NCBI GenBank assembly: GCA_934548045.1
Contig: CAKTEM010000007.1
Coordinates: 57,105-121,104, forward strand
Length of the DNA stretch: 64,000 nucleotides
Source: an uncultured Faecalibacterium sp.
GTDB taxonomy: Bacteria; Bacillota; Clostridia; Oscillospirales; Ruminococcaceae
Direction: 5' to 3'
Positions 8,359 to 19,050 of the stretch are shown here, one piece after another (position 1 is the stretch's first letter; the number at the start of each line of letters is the position of its first letter). Made by a program: the position numbers and the translations under genes. The notes under the pieces are model-generated. The model was not told the DNA's origin. It worked only from the letters and a program-made list of their open reading frames with translations, and made no database searches.

Positions 8359-9663
8359 ATGTCTAAGAAAATCTTAGTTGTTGGCGGCGGCGGCCGCGAA
8401 CATGCCATCATCAAGGCGCTGAAAAAAAGCCCGGACTGCGGCGAAGTCTGGTGCGCACCCGGCAACGGCGGCATCAGCTATGACGCCCACTGCGTCAACA
8501 TCAAATCGACCGATGTGGAGAAGATGGTCGAGTTCGCCAAGAGCGAGCAGTTCGATTACGTTGTCGTGGCGCAGGACGACCCTCTGGCACTGGGCATGGT
8601 CGATGCGCTGGCGGCAGTCGGCATCCCGGCCTTTGGCCCGAACAAGGCAGCGGCGCGTATTGAAGCATCCAAGGTCTTTTCCAAAGACCTGATGAAGAAA
8701 TACGGCATCCCCACCGCAAAGTATGAGACTTTCGATGACCCGGCCAAGGTCATGGATTATATCCGCTCCGAGAACAAGTACCCGGTCGTCATCAAAGCGG
8801 ACGGTCTGGCTCTGGGCAAGGGCGTTCTCATCTGTGAGGACGAGCAGCAGGCAGCAGACGGCGTGAAGGAGATCATGCTGGACAAAAAGTTCGGCGCATC
8901 CGGCAACCACGTCGTCGTCGAAGAGTTCCTGACTGGCCCGGAGGTCAGCGTCCTGAGCTTCACCGACGGCAAAGTCGTCAAGCCGATGGTCTCTTCGATG
9001 GACCACAAGCGCGCCAACGACCACGACACCGGCCTGAATACCGGCGGTATGGGTACCGTCGCACCCAACCCCTACTACACGGCGGACATCGCTGCCGAGT
9101 GCATGGAGAAAATTTTCCTGCCCACCATCCACGCGATGAACGCCGAGGGCTGCCCCTTCAAGGGATGCCTGTACTTCGGCCTGATGCTGACTCCCGACGG
9201 CCCCAAGGTCATCGAGTACAACTGCCGCTTCGGTGACCCGGAAACACAGGTCGTCCTGCCCCTGCTGGAAAGCGATTTGCTCAAGGTCATGACCGCCTGC
9301 ACCGAGGGTACGCTGGCGGACACCGAGGTCAAGTTCTCCGATGGTGCCGCCGCCTGCGTCATTCTGGCGTCCGGCGGCTACCCGGTCAGCTACGAGAAGG
9401 GCAAGCCCATCTCGGGCTTGGTGGACGGCCAGCTGCCCGATGAGCCGGATATCACGGTCTATCACTCCGGCACCGCCATCACTGAGGACGGCCAGCTGGT
9501 AACGGCCGGCGGTCGTGTTCTGGGCGTGACGGCCACCGCTCCGGCTCTGCCCGGCGCGTTGACGAAGGCTTACGCCGCCGCCGAGAAGATCCACTTCGAC
9601 AAGCTGCATAAGCGGAGCGATATCGGCCTGAGAGCGTTGAAGGCGATTGCGGAAAAAAATTAA
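8359..9663 (+). CDS. purD: Phosphoribosylamine-glycine ligase (GAR synthetase)
   Basis: 434-aa ORF, ATP-grasp PurD motifs (KILVVGGGGREHA, VVIKADGLALGKGV); RBS aaggaga. Confidence 0.9.
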   Translation: MSKKILVVGGGGREHAIIKALKKSPDCGEVWCAPGNGGISYDAHCVNIKSTDVEKMVEFAKSEQFDYVVVAQDDPLALGMVDALAAVGIPAFGPNKAAARIEASKVFSKDLMKKYGIPTAKYETFDDPAKVMDYIRSENKYPVVIKADGLALGKGVLICEDEQQAADGVKEIMLDKKFGASGNHVVVEEFLTGPEVSVLSFTDGKVVKPMVSSMDHKRANDHDTGLNTGGMGTVAPNPYYTADIAAECMEKIFLPTIHAMNAEGCPFKGCLYFGLMLTPDGPKVIEYNCRFGDPETQVVLPLLESDLLKVMTACTEGTLADTEVKFSDGAAACVILASGGYPVSYEKGKPISGLVDGQLPDEPDITVYHSGTAITEDGQLVTAGGRVLGVTATAPALPGALTKAYAAAEKIHFDKLHKRSDIGLRALKAIAEKN

Positions 9664-9692
9664 ACGATAAAATAACAGGAGGGTCTTTCCCT

Positions 9693-12600
9693 ATGGTATA
9701 TCGTATTTATGTTGAAAAGAAGCCCGGCTTTGATGTCGAGGCAGAGGGTCTGCACAGTGAGCTGGTCTCGCTGCTGGGCATCAAGGAGCTGGCAGGTCTG
9801 CGCCTGCTGAACCGTTACGACGTCGAGGGTATCGACGAAGCACTCTTCAACCAGTGCGTCAACACGGTCTTCAGCGAGCCGCCGGTCGACCGTACCTATA
9901 ATGAGCTGCCCGAGACGGACGGTGTATCTTTCGCTGTCGAGTATCTGCCCGGCCAGTTCGACCAGCGCGCTGATTCTGCCGCCGAGTGCATCCAGCTCAT
10001 CAGTCAGGGCGAGCGTCCGCTGGTGCGCTCCGCCCGTGTCTACCTGCTGGAAGGCAAGCTGACCGACGAGCAGGTGGCGGAGATCAAGAAATACGTCATC
10101 AACCCGGTCGAGGCACGAGAGGCTTCGCTGGATACCAAGACGACCCTGAAGATGGATTACGCCGTTCCCACCGCTGTGGCAGTGCTGGACGGTTTCAACG
10201 AGCTGGACGAAGAGGGGCTGAAAAAGTTCATCGAGGACAAGGGTCTGGCGATGGACTTGGGCGACATCAAGTTCTGTCAGGAGTATTTCCGCTCTGAGCA
10301 GCGCGACCCGACCATTACGGAAATCAAGATGATCGACACCTATTGGTCGGATCACTGCCGTCATACGACCTTCGGCACCATCCTGAACAATGTCCAGATC
10401 GACGATGAGGTGGTTCAGGCCGCATTTGACCGCTACATGGCAATGCGCGAGGACCTGAACCGCACCGAGAAGCCGCGCTGCATGATGGACCTTGCCACCA
10501 TCGGCGCAAAAGAACTGAAAAAGCAGGGTATCCTGAAGAACCTCGATGAGTCCGATGAGATCAACGCCTGCACCGTGAAGATCAAGTGCGACGTCAACGG
10601 CAAGGACGAGGATTGGCTGTTTCTGTTCAAGAATGAGACCCATAACCACCCCACTGAAATTGAACCCTTCGGCGGCGCAGCGACCTGCATCGGCGGTGCC
10701 ATCCGTGACCCCCTGTCCGGCCGCAGCTATGTCTATCAGGCAATGCGTGTCACTGGCGCAGGCGACCCGTTGGTTCCGGTCAGCGAGACCATTCCCGGCA
10801 AGCTGCCCCAGCGCAAGCTGGTGACGACCGCAGCCGCCGGTTACTCTTCCTACGGCAACCAGATCGGCCTTGCCACCGGTCAGGTCGATGAAATTTATCA
10901 TCCCGGCTATGTGGCAAAGCGTATGGAGATCGGCGCAGTCGTCGGCGCAACACCGGCTTCCCATGTCCGCCGCGAGTGTCCGGCTCCGGGCGACGTCATC
11001 GTTCTGCTGGGCGGCCGCACTGGCCGTGACGGCATCGGCGGCGCGACCGGTTCCTCCAAGGCACACAACCACGAGAGTCTGGAATCCTGCGGTGCAGAGG
11101 TGCAGAAGGGCAATGCGCCCATCGAGCGCAAACTGCAGCGTCTGTTCCGCCGTGAGGACGCCTGCAAGATGATCAAACGCTGCAACGACTTCGGCGCAGG
11201 CGGCGTTTCGGTCGCCATCGGCGAGCTGGCCGACGGTCTGTACATCGACCTGAACAAGGTCACCAAGAAGTACGAAGGTCTGGACGGTACCGAGCTGGCC
11301 ATCAGTGAGAGCCAGGAGCGCATGGCCGTCGCCCTCGCACCCGAGGATGTGGACAAGTTCATCGCGCTGGCAAACGAGGAAAACCTCGAGGCGACCCCGG
11401 TGGCAAAAGTCACCGAGGAAAAGCGTCTGAACATGGTCTGGAACGGCGTTTCCATCGTCAACATCAGCCGCGAGTTCCTGAACTCCAACGGTGCCGAGAA
11501 GCATCAGGATGTCCATGTCGAGAAGATGAGCGTCTGGCAGCCCCAGTGGAAGGGCGTGACCTTCTCCCAAAAGATGAAGGACATGGTCGGCGACCTGAAT
11601 GTCTGCAGCAAGAAGGGCCTGTCCGAGCGTTTCGACTCCACCATCGGCGCGGCAACCGTCCTGATGCCCTTCGGTGGTGCATATCAGCTGACGCCGCAGA
11701 ATGCGATGGTCGCAAAGCTGCCGGTGGACGGCGAGACCACCACCTGCTCCGGCATGGCATGGGGCTACAACCCCTACCTGATGAGTGCCGACCAGTATCG
11801 CGGCGCACGTCTGGCTGTCGTCGAGAGCGTTACCAAGCTGGTGGCTTCCGGCTTCCGCTATGAGGACGCATATCTGACCTTCCAGGAGTATTTCGAGCGT
11901 CTGGGCAACAAGCCTGAACGCTGGGGTAAGCCGTTGGCTGCTCTGTTGGGCGCGCTGGATGCACAGATGGGTCTGGGCATCGCTTCCATCGGCGGCAAGG
12001 ACAGCATGTCCGGCTCCTTTGAAGACCTCGATGTTCCTCCCACGCTGGTCTCCTTCGCAACGGCCATCGGCAAGGCGAACAAGGTCGTTTCCACCGAGTT
12101 CAAGAAGCCCGAAAGCACCGTCGTCCTCCTCCGTCCGCTGATCGACGAGAAGACCGGCTGCCCCGACTTCTCTTCTCTGCGTGCAAACTATAAGATCGTC
12201 GAGCAGATGATGGAGCAGGGCATCGTGGTCGCTGCTTCCTCCATCGGCTTCGGCGGCATTGCCGAGGCTCTGTTCAAGATGGGTCTGGGCAACCACATCG
12301 GCTTCAAGATGCAGGCCGATATCACCACCAGCCAGATGTTCGCTCCCATGTACGGCGCAATGATCCTTGAGATGGTCTCCGACGCTCCGGCCGGCGAGCT
12401 GCTGGGCGTCACCACCAAGGAATATCAGTTCCAGGCCTGCGGCGACACGCTGGATATGGCTGAACTGCAGGAGATCTGGGAGTCCAAGCTGGAGCCGGTC
12501 TACCCCTACCGCAAGGCAGGCTCCACCGTGGAGAAGATCAACGGCAGTCTGACCGCTCCGGCTGCACCGAAGATCGGTGTGGCAAAACCGAAGGTCATCA

Positions 12601-13385
12601 TCCCGGTCTTCCCCGGCACCAACTGCGAGTACGACACCGCCAAGGCGTTCGCCCGTGCAGGCGCAGAGCCGCAGATCCTTGTCATCCGCAACCTGACCCC
12701 GAGCGACGTCACCGAGAGCTGCGCCGCTCTGGTAAAGGCCATCAACGAGAGCCAGATCGTCATGCTGCCCGGCGGCTTCTCCGGCGGCGACGAGCCGGAC
12801 GGCAGCGCGAAGTTCATCGCTTCCTTCTTCCGTTCCCCGGCGGTCACCGAGGCAGTCCGTGAGCTGCTGCAGAAGCGTGACGGCCTGATGCTGGGCATCT
12901 GCAACGGCTTCCAAGCACTCATCAAGCTGGGTCTGGCACAGTATGGCGATATCCGCGACATCACCGAGGACGACCCGACCCTGACCTTCAACACCATCGG
13001 CCGCCACCAAAGCATGCTGGTGCGCACCCGGATCGCTTCCACCGGCAGCCCGTGGCTGAGCAAGTGCGAAGTCGGCGACCAGTACACCGTAGCAATCAGC
13101 CACGGCGAGGGCCGCTTTGTGGCTCCGCAGTCGGTGCTGGATACCCTCATCAAGAACGGTCAGGTCGCGACCCAGTATGTCAATCTGGAAGGCGTGCCGA
13201 CCATGGACCAGAGCTACAACCCCAACGGCTCTGTCCTCGCCATCGAGGGCATCACCAGCCCGGATGGCCGTGTCTTCGGCAAGATGGGCCACTCCGAGCG
13301 CAGCGGTGAGTATCTGTACAAGAACGTCACCGGCGACAAGTACCAGCCGATTTTTGAGGGCGGCGTGGACTATTTCAAGATTTAA
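9693..13385 (+). CDS. purL: Phosphoribosylformylglycinamidine synthase, single-chain large form
   Basis: 1230-aa ORF with an N-terminal PurS-like region, AIRS-like repeats and a C-terminal class-I glutamine amidotransferase (GICNGFQAL, SHGEGRF); RBS aggaggg. Confidence 0.9.
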   Translation: MVYRIYVEKKPGFDVEAEGLHSELVSLLGIKELAGLRLLNRYDVEGIDEALFNQCVNTVFSEPPVDRTYNELPETDGVSFAVEYLPGQFDQRADSAAECIQLISQGERPLVRSARVYLLEGKLTDEQVAEIKKYVINPVEAREASLDTKTTLKMDYAVPTAVAVLDGFNELDEEGLKKFIEDKGLAMDLGDIKFCQEYFRSEQRDPTITEIKMIDTYWSDHCRHTTFGTILNNVQIDDEVVQAAFDRYMAMREDLNRTEKPRCMMDLATIGAKELKKQGILKNLDESDEINACTVKIKCDVNGKDEDWLFLFKNETHNHPTEIEPFGGAATCIGGAIRDPLSGRSYVYQAMRVTGAGDPLVPVSETIPGKLPQRKLVTTAAAGYSSYGNQIGLATGQVDEIYHPGYVAKRMEIGAVVGATPASHVRRECPAPGDVIVLLGGRTGRDGIGGATGSSKAHNHESLESCGAEVQKGNAPIERKLQRLFRREDACKMIKRCNDFGAGGVSVAIGELADGLYIDLNKVTKKYEGLDGTELAISESQERMAVALAPEDVDKFIALANEENLEATPVAKVTEEKRLNMVWNGVSIVNISREFLNSNGAEKHQDVHVEKMSVWQPQWKGVTFSQKMKDMVGDLNVCSKKGLSERFDSTIGAATVLMPFGGAYQLTPQNAMVAKLPVDGETTTCSGMAWGYNPYLMSADQYRGARLAVVESVTKLVASGFRYEDAYLTFQEYFERLGNKPERWGKPLAALLGALDAQMGLGIASIGGKDSMSGSFEDLDVPPTLVSFATAIGKANKVVSTEFKKPESTVVLLRPLIDEKTGCPDFSSLRANYKIVEQMMEQGIVVAASSIGFGGIAEALFKMGLGNHIGFKMQADITTSQMFAPMYGAMILEMVSDAPAGELLGVTTKEYQFQACGDTLDMAELQEIWESKLEPVYPYRKAGSTVEKINGSLTAPAAPKIGVAKPKVIIPVFPGTNCEYDTAKAFARAGAEPQILVIRNLTPSDVTESCAALVKAINESQIVMLPGGFSGGDEPDGSAKFIASFFRSPAVTEAVRELLQKRDGLMLGICNGFQALIKLGLAQYGDIRDITEDDPTLTFNTIGRHQSMLVRTRIASTGSPWLSKCEVGDQYTVAISHGEGRFVAPQSVLDTLIKNGQVATQYVNLEGVPTMDQSYNPNGSVLAIEGITSPDGRVFGKMGHSERSGEYLYKNVTGDKYQPIFEGGVDYFKI

Positions 13386-13421
13386 TGGTACAATAAAAGA
13401 AAAAACGCTGGAGGAAAACCA

Positions 13422-14867
13422 ATGTCTCAGCATGACCGTTATATCAGCCCGTTTTCGACCCGTTATTCCTCCGATGAGATGCAGTACATCTTCTCGGATG
13501 ACAACAAGTTCCGTACCTGGCGTCGCCTGTGGGTGGCTCTGGCACGGGCAGAGATGAAGCAGGGTCTGACGAACATCACTCCCGAGATGGTGGAAGAGCT
13601 GGAATCCCATGTCGATGATATCAACTACGATGTCGCCATCGCACGGGAAAAGCTCGTCCGCCACGACGTCATGAGCCACGTCTACGCCTACGGCCAGCAG
13701 TGCCCGAAGGCCGCCGGCATCATCCATCTGGGTGCGACCAGCTGCTACGTCGGTGACAACACCGACATCATCGTGATGCGTCAGGGTCTGGAACTTATCC
13801 GCAAGAAGCTCATCGGTGTTCTGGCAAAGCTGGGCCGCTTTGCGGAAGAGTACAAGGACATGCCCTGCATGGCCTACACCCACTGCCAGCCGGCACAGCC
13901 CACCACCGTCGGCAAGCGCGCGACCCTCTGGGCCAACGAGCTGGTGATGGACCTCGCCGAGATCGACCATCGTCTTGAGACCTTGCAGCTGCGCGGTGTC
14001 AAGGGTACCACCGGCACGCAGGCATCCTTCATGGAGCTGTTCAAGGGTGACGCAGACAAGATTCGTGCGGTGGATGCTTCCATCGCCGAGGAGATGGGCT
14101 TTGCGCCGGATGCCGTCATCCCGGTGTCGGGTCAGACGTACAGCCGCAAGGTGGACTCCTTCATCCTCAACGCTCTGGCAGGCATTGCACAGAGCTGCAT
14201 GAAGTTCGCAACCGACCTGCGTCTGCTGGCAAACTTCAAGGAGATGGAAGAGCCGTTTGAGAAGAACCAGATCGGTTCCTCGGCCATGCCCTACAAGCGC
14301 AACCCGATGCGCTGCGAGCGCATTTGTGCACTCTCCCGTTACCTGATGGTCGATGTGCTGAATCCCAGCTTCACCACCGGCACCCAGTGGTTCGAGCGCA
14401 CGCTGGACGACAGCGCGAACAAGCGCGTCGCAATGGCAGAGGGCTTCCTCGCTGCTGACGCCATCCTGAACATCATGCTGAACGTCACCGACGGCATCGT
14501 GGTCTACCCGAAGGTCATCCGCAGCCGTCTGATGGCAGAGCTGCCCTTTATGGCAAGCGAGAACATCATGATGCAGGCTGTTGAAAAGGGCGGCAACCGT
14601 CAGGAGCTGCACGAGCGTCTGCGCCAGCACGCCATTGCTGCCGGCAAGCAGGTCAAGGAAGAGGGTCTGCCCAACGATATGGTCGACCGCATCGCCGCAG
14701 ACCCGGCTTTCGGCCTGACGAAGGAAGAAATCGTTGCCGGCCTGATCCCCGAGAACTTTGTGGGCCGCGCACCGCAGCAGGTGGACGAGTTTGTGGCAAA
14801 TGTCCTCAAGCCCATCTTCGACGCGAACCCCGATGCTGTGGAGCAGCATGCAAGTTTGAGCGTGTAA
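13422..14867 (+). CDS. purB: Adenylosuccinate lyase
   Basis: 481-aa ORF; fumarase/ASL superfamily signature GSSAMPYKRNP; RBS ggagg. Confidence 0.9.
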   Translation: MSQHDRYISPFSTRYSSDEMQYIFSDDNKFRTWRRLWVALARAEMKQGLTNITPEMVEELESHVDDINYDVAIAREKLVRHDVMSHVYAYGQQCPKAAGIIHLGATSCYVGDNTDIIVMRQGLELIRKKLIGVLAKLGRFAEEYKDMPCMAYTHCQPAQPTTVGKRATLWANELVMDLAEIDHRLETLQLRGVKGTTGTQASFMELFKGDADKIRAVDASIAEEMGFAPDAVIPVSGQTYSRKVDSFILNALAGIAQSCMKFATDLRLLANFKEMEEPFEKNQIGSSAMPYKRNPMRCERICALSRYLMVDVLNPSFTTGTQWFERTLDDSANKRVAMAEGFLAADAILNIMLNVTDGIVVYPKVIRSRLMAELPFMASENIMMQAVEKGGNRQELHERLRQHAIAAGKQVKEEGLPNDMVDRIAADPAFGLTKEEIVAGLIPENFVGRAPQQVDEFVANVLKPIFDANPDAVEQHASLSV

Positions 14868-14870
14868 GAA

Positions 14871-14998
14871 AAACTCCCTCCGTCATTCTTTCAGAATGAC
14901 ACCTCCCTCAAGGAGGGAGGCTTTGGCTTTACCGTTACGAACAGGCTCCCTCCCCGAGGGAGCTGTCACCGAAGGTGACTGAGGGAGTTGCATAAAAT
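14871..14998. repeat. Short variant intergenic palindromic element (copy G) related to CCCTCTCAG family
   Basis: Starts 4 nt after the purB stop; terminal inverted repeats aactccctc / gagggagtt; four internal perfect hairpins (gtcattctttcagaatgac, cctccctcaaggagggagg, ctccctccccgagggag, gtcaccgaaggtgac). Confidence 0.55.
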
Positions 14999-15059
14999 TA
15001 TAAGCTGCGCCGTGTCCGGAAAGGGCAGGGCGCAGCTTTGCTATAAGAAGGAGAGACCC

Positions 15060-15761
15060 ATGCGTTTGGACAAATACTTAGCCGAGACGGTCCAATGCAC
15101 CCGGAGCGAGGCGAAGACGATGCTTCAGAAGGGGAGAGTGACCGTCAACGGGGCGGTCTGCAAAAAGGGCGACACCCAGCTGAAAGAGGCGGATGTAGTG
15201 TCGGTGGACGGCAGGCCGCTGAAGTATCAGAAGTTCGTCTACATCATGCTCAACAAGCCCGAGGGCGTGGTGAGTGCCAGCACCGACAAACGGGATACGA
15301 CGGTGGTGGACCTGGTCGGCAATGCCTACCCGAGACGGGAGCTGTTCCCGGCCGGGCGGCTGGACAAGACCAGCACCGGCTTTGTCCTGCTGACCGACGA
15401 CGGCGGCTTTGCCCACGACATCCTTGCACCGAAGCGGCACGTTTCCAAGACCTACACGGTCGTCATTGACACGCCGCTGACCGACGAGATGAAGGACGGT
15501 TTTGCCGGGGGCGTCACGCTGTCAGACGGAACCGAGCTTTCTCCGGCGGAGGTGGAAGCGGTCTCTGAAGACGGGCTGACCGTCCGGGTAAAACTGAAAC
15601 AGGGCGTCTATCACCAGATCAAGCGGATGTTTGGCGTATACGGCGCAGGGGTCAATGCCTTGCACCGGGATGCCATCGGCGGACTAGCTCTGGACGAGAG
15701 CCTTGCGCCGGGCGAGTGGAGAGAACTTTCGGACGATGAGGTAGCAGAAATTACCACCTGA
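15060..15761 (+). CDS. rsuA: 16S rRNA pseudouridine synthase (RsuA family) with S4 domain
   Basis: S4 RNA-binding N-terminus (RLDKYLAE) and PseudoU_synth_2 motifs (GRLD, KTYTVV); RBS aagaaggagag before ATG 15060. Confidence 0.8.
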   Translation: MRLDKYLAETVQCTRSEAKTMLQKGRVTVNGAVCKKGDTQLKEADVVSVDGRPLKYQKFVYIMLNKPEGVVSASTDKRDTTVVDLVGNAYPRRELFPAGRLDKTSTGFVLLTDDGGFAHDILAPKRHVSKTYTVVIDTPLTDEMKDGFAGGVTLSDGTELSPAEVEAVSEDGLTVRVKLKQGVYHQIKRMFGVYGAGVNALHRDAIGGLALDESLAPGEWRELSDDEVAEITT

Positions 15762-16025
15762 GAGGGTCGGCTTTTCACCCGTTTTTCAAAAAAGCATCAC
15801 AATTTCCCGGTAGAATAGAGCCAAGAACCACGCAAAAAGGCACTTTTTGAGCCGAAAATGGGGCTGGCAGATAAATTAGACAAGAAAATAGAATTTTTTT
15901 TGTTGAAATATGTTGCAAAAGTAAATTCTTTTGTGTAAAATATAAAATGTAATGCGGCGAAATTGTTGAAAATCACAATCCACGCCACCGCGGGTTTCAC
16001 AAAAGAGGAAAAGGGGTTACCATTT

Positions 16026-17111
16026 ATGGCCAATAGAGTATTTCAAAGCGTGATCTACCAGATGAAGGACGCGATCGACCGCGTAGTAGGTGTGGTGGAT
16101 GAAACCGGTGCCGTGATTTCCTGCTCGGAACTGAACCTGATCGGCGAAGTGCGCGAGGGCTTTATGGCAGAGCGTCTGACGGCAGGGGATCGTTTTGTGC
16201 GGGACGGTTACACCTATCAGCAGTTCTCCAGCGCAAAGCATAACGATTATGCTGTGTTCGTAGAGGGTGCAGACGAGACTGCCGGTCAGTTCGCAGCGGT
16301 GCTTTCCATCAGCCTGCAGAGTATCAAGCAGTATCATGACGAGAAGTTTGATAAATCCAACTTTATCAAAAACGTCGTGCTGGACAACATCCTGCCCGGC
16401 GATATCTATGCGAAGGCCCGTGAGCTGCACTTCGCGACCGATGTTTCCCGTGTTGTCTTCATCGTCCGTGTGACCAGCGGCGGCGACATCTCGGCTTACG
16501 ATGTCGTCAGCAGCCTGTTCCCGGACAAGCAGAAGGACTTCGTCTTCAACATCAGTGAGACGGACACCGTTCTGGTGAAGGAGATCCGCAAGGGCATCGA
16601 CCGCTCCGATATGGAAAAGCTGGCGGCCAGCATCGTGGACACCCTGTCCGGCGAACACTACATCAAGGCTGTTGTCGGCATCGGCACGCCCATCGCAAAC
16701 GTCAAGGATCTGGCGACCAGCTTCAAGGAAGCACAGATCGCAATGGAGGTCAGCAAGGTGTTCGACACCGAAAAGCAGATCATCCGTTACGACAACCTCG
16801 GCATCGCCCGTCTGATCTATCAGCTGCCGACCACCGTCTGCGAGATGTTCCTGCGCGAGGTCTTCAAGCAGGGCAGCATCGAGAGCCTGGATCAGGAGAC
16901 GCTGTTCACCATCCAGCGGTTCTTCGAGAACAACCTGAACGTCTCCGAGACCAGCCGCGGCCTGTTCGTCCACCGCAATACGCTGGTGTATCGTCTGGAA
17001 AAGATCAAAAAGCTTACCGGCCTGGATCTGCGTGAGTTCGATGATGCTATCGTCTTCAAGGTAGCATTGATGGTCAAGAAGTACCTGTCCAACAATCCGG
17101 CCAAATATTGA
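16026..17111 (+). CDS. PucR/CdaR-family transcriptional regulator
   Basis: C-terminal PucR-type HTH (TLFTIQRFFENNLNVSETSRGLFVHRNTLVYRLEKIKKLTGLDL); start MANRVF with RBS aagaggaaaagggg. Confidence 0.65.
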   Translation: MANRVFQSVIYQMKDAIDRVVGVVDETGAVISCSELNLIGEVREGFMAERLTAGDRFVRDGYTYQQFSSAKHNDYAVFVEGADETAGQFAAVLSISLQSIKQYHDEKFDKSNFIKNVVLDNILPGDIYAKARELHFATDVSRVVFIVRVTSGGDISAYDVVSSLFPDKQKDFVFNISETDTVLVKEIRKGIDRSDMEKLAASIVDTLSGEHYIKAVVGIGTPIANVKDLATSFKEAQIAMEVSKVFDTEKQIIRYDNLGIARLIYQLPTTVCEMFLREVFKQGSIESLDQETLFTIQRFFENNLNVSETSRGLFVHRNTLVYRLEKIKKLTGLDLREFDDAIVFKVALMVKKYLSNNPAKY

Positions 17112-17185
17112 TGAAAGCTGTCGGCTGCTGCCGCCAGCACAGAACCGGCCGCTCGACCCCGATGCTGGCCGGTTCTTTTTGGGTA

Positions 17186-17320
17186 GTCCTCTCAGTCAAT
17201 GCTCCGCATTGCCAGCTCCCCCAGAGGGAGAGCCATTGGCAGGCCGGGCAGGTCTGAGCAGAACGAGAAGGTTCAAAGCAGAATTTCAGAGCGAGGGCCT
17301 TGCGGATAAGGGCAGGTAAC
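17186..17320. repeat. Left-half copy of CCCTCTCAG-TIR element (copy C)
   Basis: tagtcctctcagtcaatgctccgcattgccagctcccccagagggagagccattggcaggccgggcaggtctgagcag...gggccttgcgg is nearly identical to the left halves of copies A and B; the right half is missing. Confidence 0.6.
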
Positions 17321-17357
17321 ATCTCCCAAAAACTATGTCAGGAGTAACAGGAATCTC

Positions 17358-18128
17358 ATGATAGACTTTATAAATGTCTCCAAAGAGTACAAGAAAGGCG
17401 GCAAGCTCGCTTTGGAGGACATCAACTTTCACGTCGACGACGGCGAGTTCGTCTTCCTGCTGGGTCACTCGGGCGCAGGCAAATCCACCCTGCTCAAGCT
17501 GATCTTAAGGGAAGAGGTACCGTCCAAGGGAATGGTGATGGTGAACGGCAAAAACGTTGCCCGGCTCCGCCGCCATCAGGTGCCGTATTTCCGGCGTCAG
17601 ATGGGCATCATCTTTCAGGATTTCCGCCTCATCCCCAGCATGACCGTGTACGAGAACGTCGCGTTCGCAATGCACGTCACCAACGTCGGACGCAAGCAGA
17701 TCAAAGAACGCGTCAACTACATGCTCGATCTGGTGCATCTGAATGACAAAGCCAAGTGCTACCCGGATTATCTGTCCGGCGGCGAACAGCAGCGCGTTGC
17801 CGTTGCCCGTGCGCTGGCACACAGCCCCAAGCTCGTCATTGCGGACGAGCCGACCGGTAACATCGACCCGGAGCTGAGCCTTGAGATGATGGAGCTGCTC
17901 GAACGGGTCAGCAAGACCGGCATCACGGTCTTGGTCGTCACCCACGAACATGAGCTGGTGCATCACTTCAACCAGCGCGTCGTCACCCTGAAGGACGGCC
18001 ATATCGTCTCGGACATCCCGGCAGGCCCGGACTCGGAAGAGCTGAAGACCGCGACGCTGGAACTGACCGACAAGCTGATTGCGAAAAAAGAGGAGCTTGA
18101 CAAGACGGGGGAGGTGCTGCTGGTATGA
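17358..18128 (+). CDS. ftsE: Cell division ATP-binding protein FtsE
   Basis: ABC ATPase with Walker [10 protein letters not shown], signature LSGGEQQR and Walker B; followed by ftsX with an overlapping stop/start. Confidence 0.9.
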   Translation: MIDFINVSKEYKKGGKLALEDINFHVDDGEFVFLLGHSGAGKSTLLKLILREEVPSKGMVMVNGKNVARLRRHQVPYFRRQMGIIFQDFRLIPSMTVYENVAFAMHVTNVGRKQIKERVNYMLDLVHLNDKAKCYPDYLSGGEQQRVAVARALAHSPKLVIADEPTGNIDPELSLEMMELLERVSKTGITVLVVTHEHELVHHFNQRVVTLKDGHIVSDIPAGPDSEELKTATLELTDKLIAKKEELDKTGEVLLV

Positions 18129-19033
18129 TGAAGCCTTCCACCTTTGGCTTTCTGCTGGTGCGCGGAGTGCGCAACCTCGGCAAGCACTGGGCGATGACCA
18201 TCGCCTGCATCGCATCCCTGAGCGTCTGCATGACCCTGAACACCTTCGCCCAGCTGGTCGAAGTCAACATCGACAATCTGGTGAACTACCTCGGCCAGCA
18301 GAATGAGATGGTCGTCTACGTCGCCCCCGATGCCGACGATGCGACCATCCAGTCGGTCGGCGAGTCCATTCAGGCCATGCCGGGCATCAGCTATGTCCAG
18401 TATATGTCCAAAGAGGACGTCCTGAACCAGTACCGGGGCTACATGGCCGATTACGCCATCCTCCTCGACGAGTTCGAGAACGACAACCCCTTCAAGGCAA
18501 ACTACCGCGTTTCGCTGGCAGACCTGAGCCAGATGAAAGAGATGAGCGATGAACTCAGCAAAATCGACGGCGTGTACAGTGTGACCGCTCCCATCGAGAT
18601 GACCGAAGTCTTCGTGCAGATCCAGCAGGCAGTCAGCCGTGTGGGACGGGGTATCGTTCTTGTCCTGATGGCGGTCAGCATCATCACGGTGGGCAGCACC
18701 ATCCGCCTGAGCGTCTTTGCCCGGCGGCGTGAGATCGAGATCATGAAGTACGTCGGTGCGACCAACGGCCTCGTCACCCTGCCCTTTGTCATCGAGGGCC
18801 TGACGATGGGCCTCATCTCGGGCGGCCTGACCGCAGCGGTCAGCATCGCCGGTTACGATTATTTGTTACAGGCATCCAGCACGCTGGGCGGTCTGTGGCA
18901 GATGCTGATGGGTACCGCTCTGGTGCCGGTGGCGAACGTCTGGCAGACCATTCTGGTGTACAGTCTGATTGCCGGTGCCGTCGCCGGTGCGCTGGGCAGC
19001 ATGTTCTCCATCCGGAAACATCTGAATGTGTAA
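18125..19033 (+). CDS. ftsX: Cell division permease FtsX
   Basis: 302 aa, 4-TM FtsX-type permease with an extracellular domain after TM1; ATGA overlap with ftsE. Confidence 0.85.
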   Translation: MMKPSTFGFLLVRGVRNLGKHWAMTIACIASLSVCMTLNTFAQLVEVNIDNLVNYLGQQNEMVVYVAPDADDATIQSVGESIQAMPGISYVQYMSKEDVLNQYRGYMADYAILLDEFENDNPFKANYRVSLADLSQMKEMSDELSKIDGVYSVTAPIEMTEVFVQIQQAVSRVGRGIVLVLMAVSIITVGSTIRLSVFARRREIEIMKYVGATNGLVTLPFVIEGLTMGLISGGLTAAVSIAGYDYLLQASSTLGGLWQMLMGTALVPVANVWQTILVYSLIAGAVAGALGSMFSIRKHLNV

Positions 19034-19050
19034 GGGAAAGGAGCAGTTCC

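Noticed and set aside
9660-14849. 1729-aa ORF on the minus strand antisense to purL/purB. Similar long antisense ORFs include 8374-9609, 18859-20328, 20510-22108, 35017-35913, 36054-38357, 47756-49621, 51119-53425, 53794-56073 and 57432-59369.
   Set aside because: High-GC genomes generate long stop-free antisense frames. Each overlaps a sense gene with clear family motifs and an RBS. The antisense translations are low-complexity Ala/Gly/Arg-rich, with no recognisable domains and no RBS.
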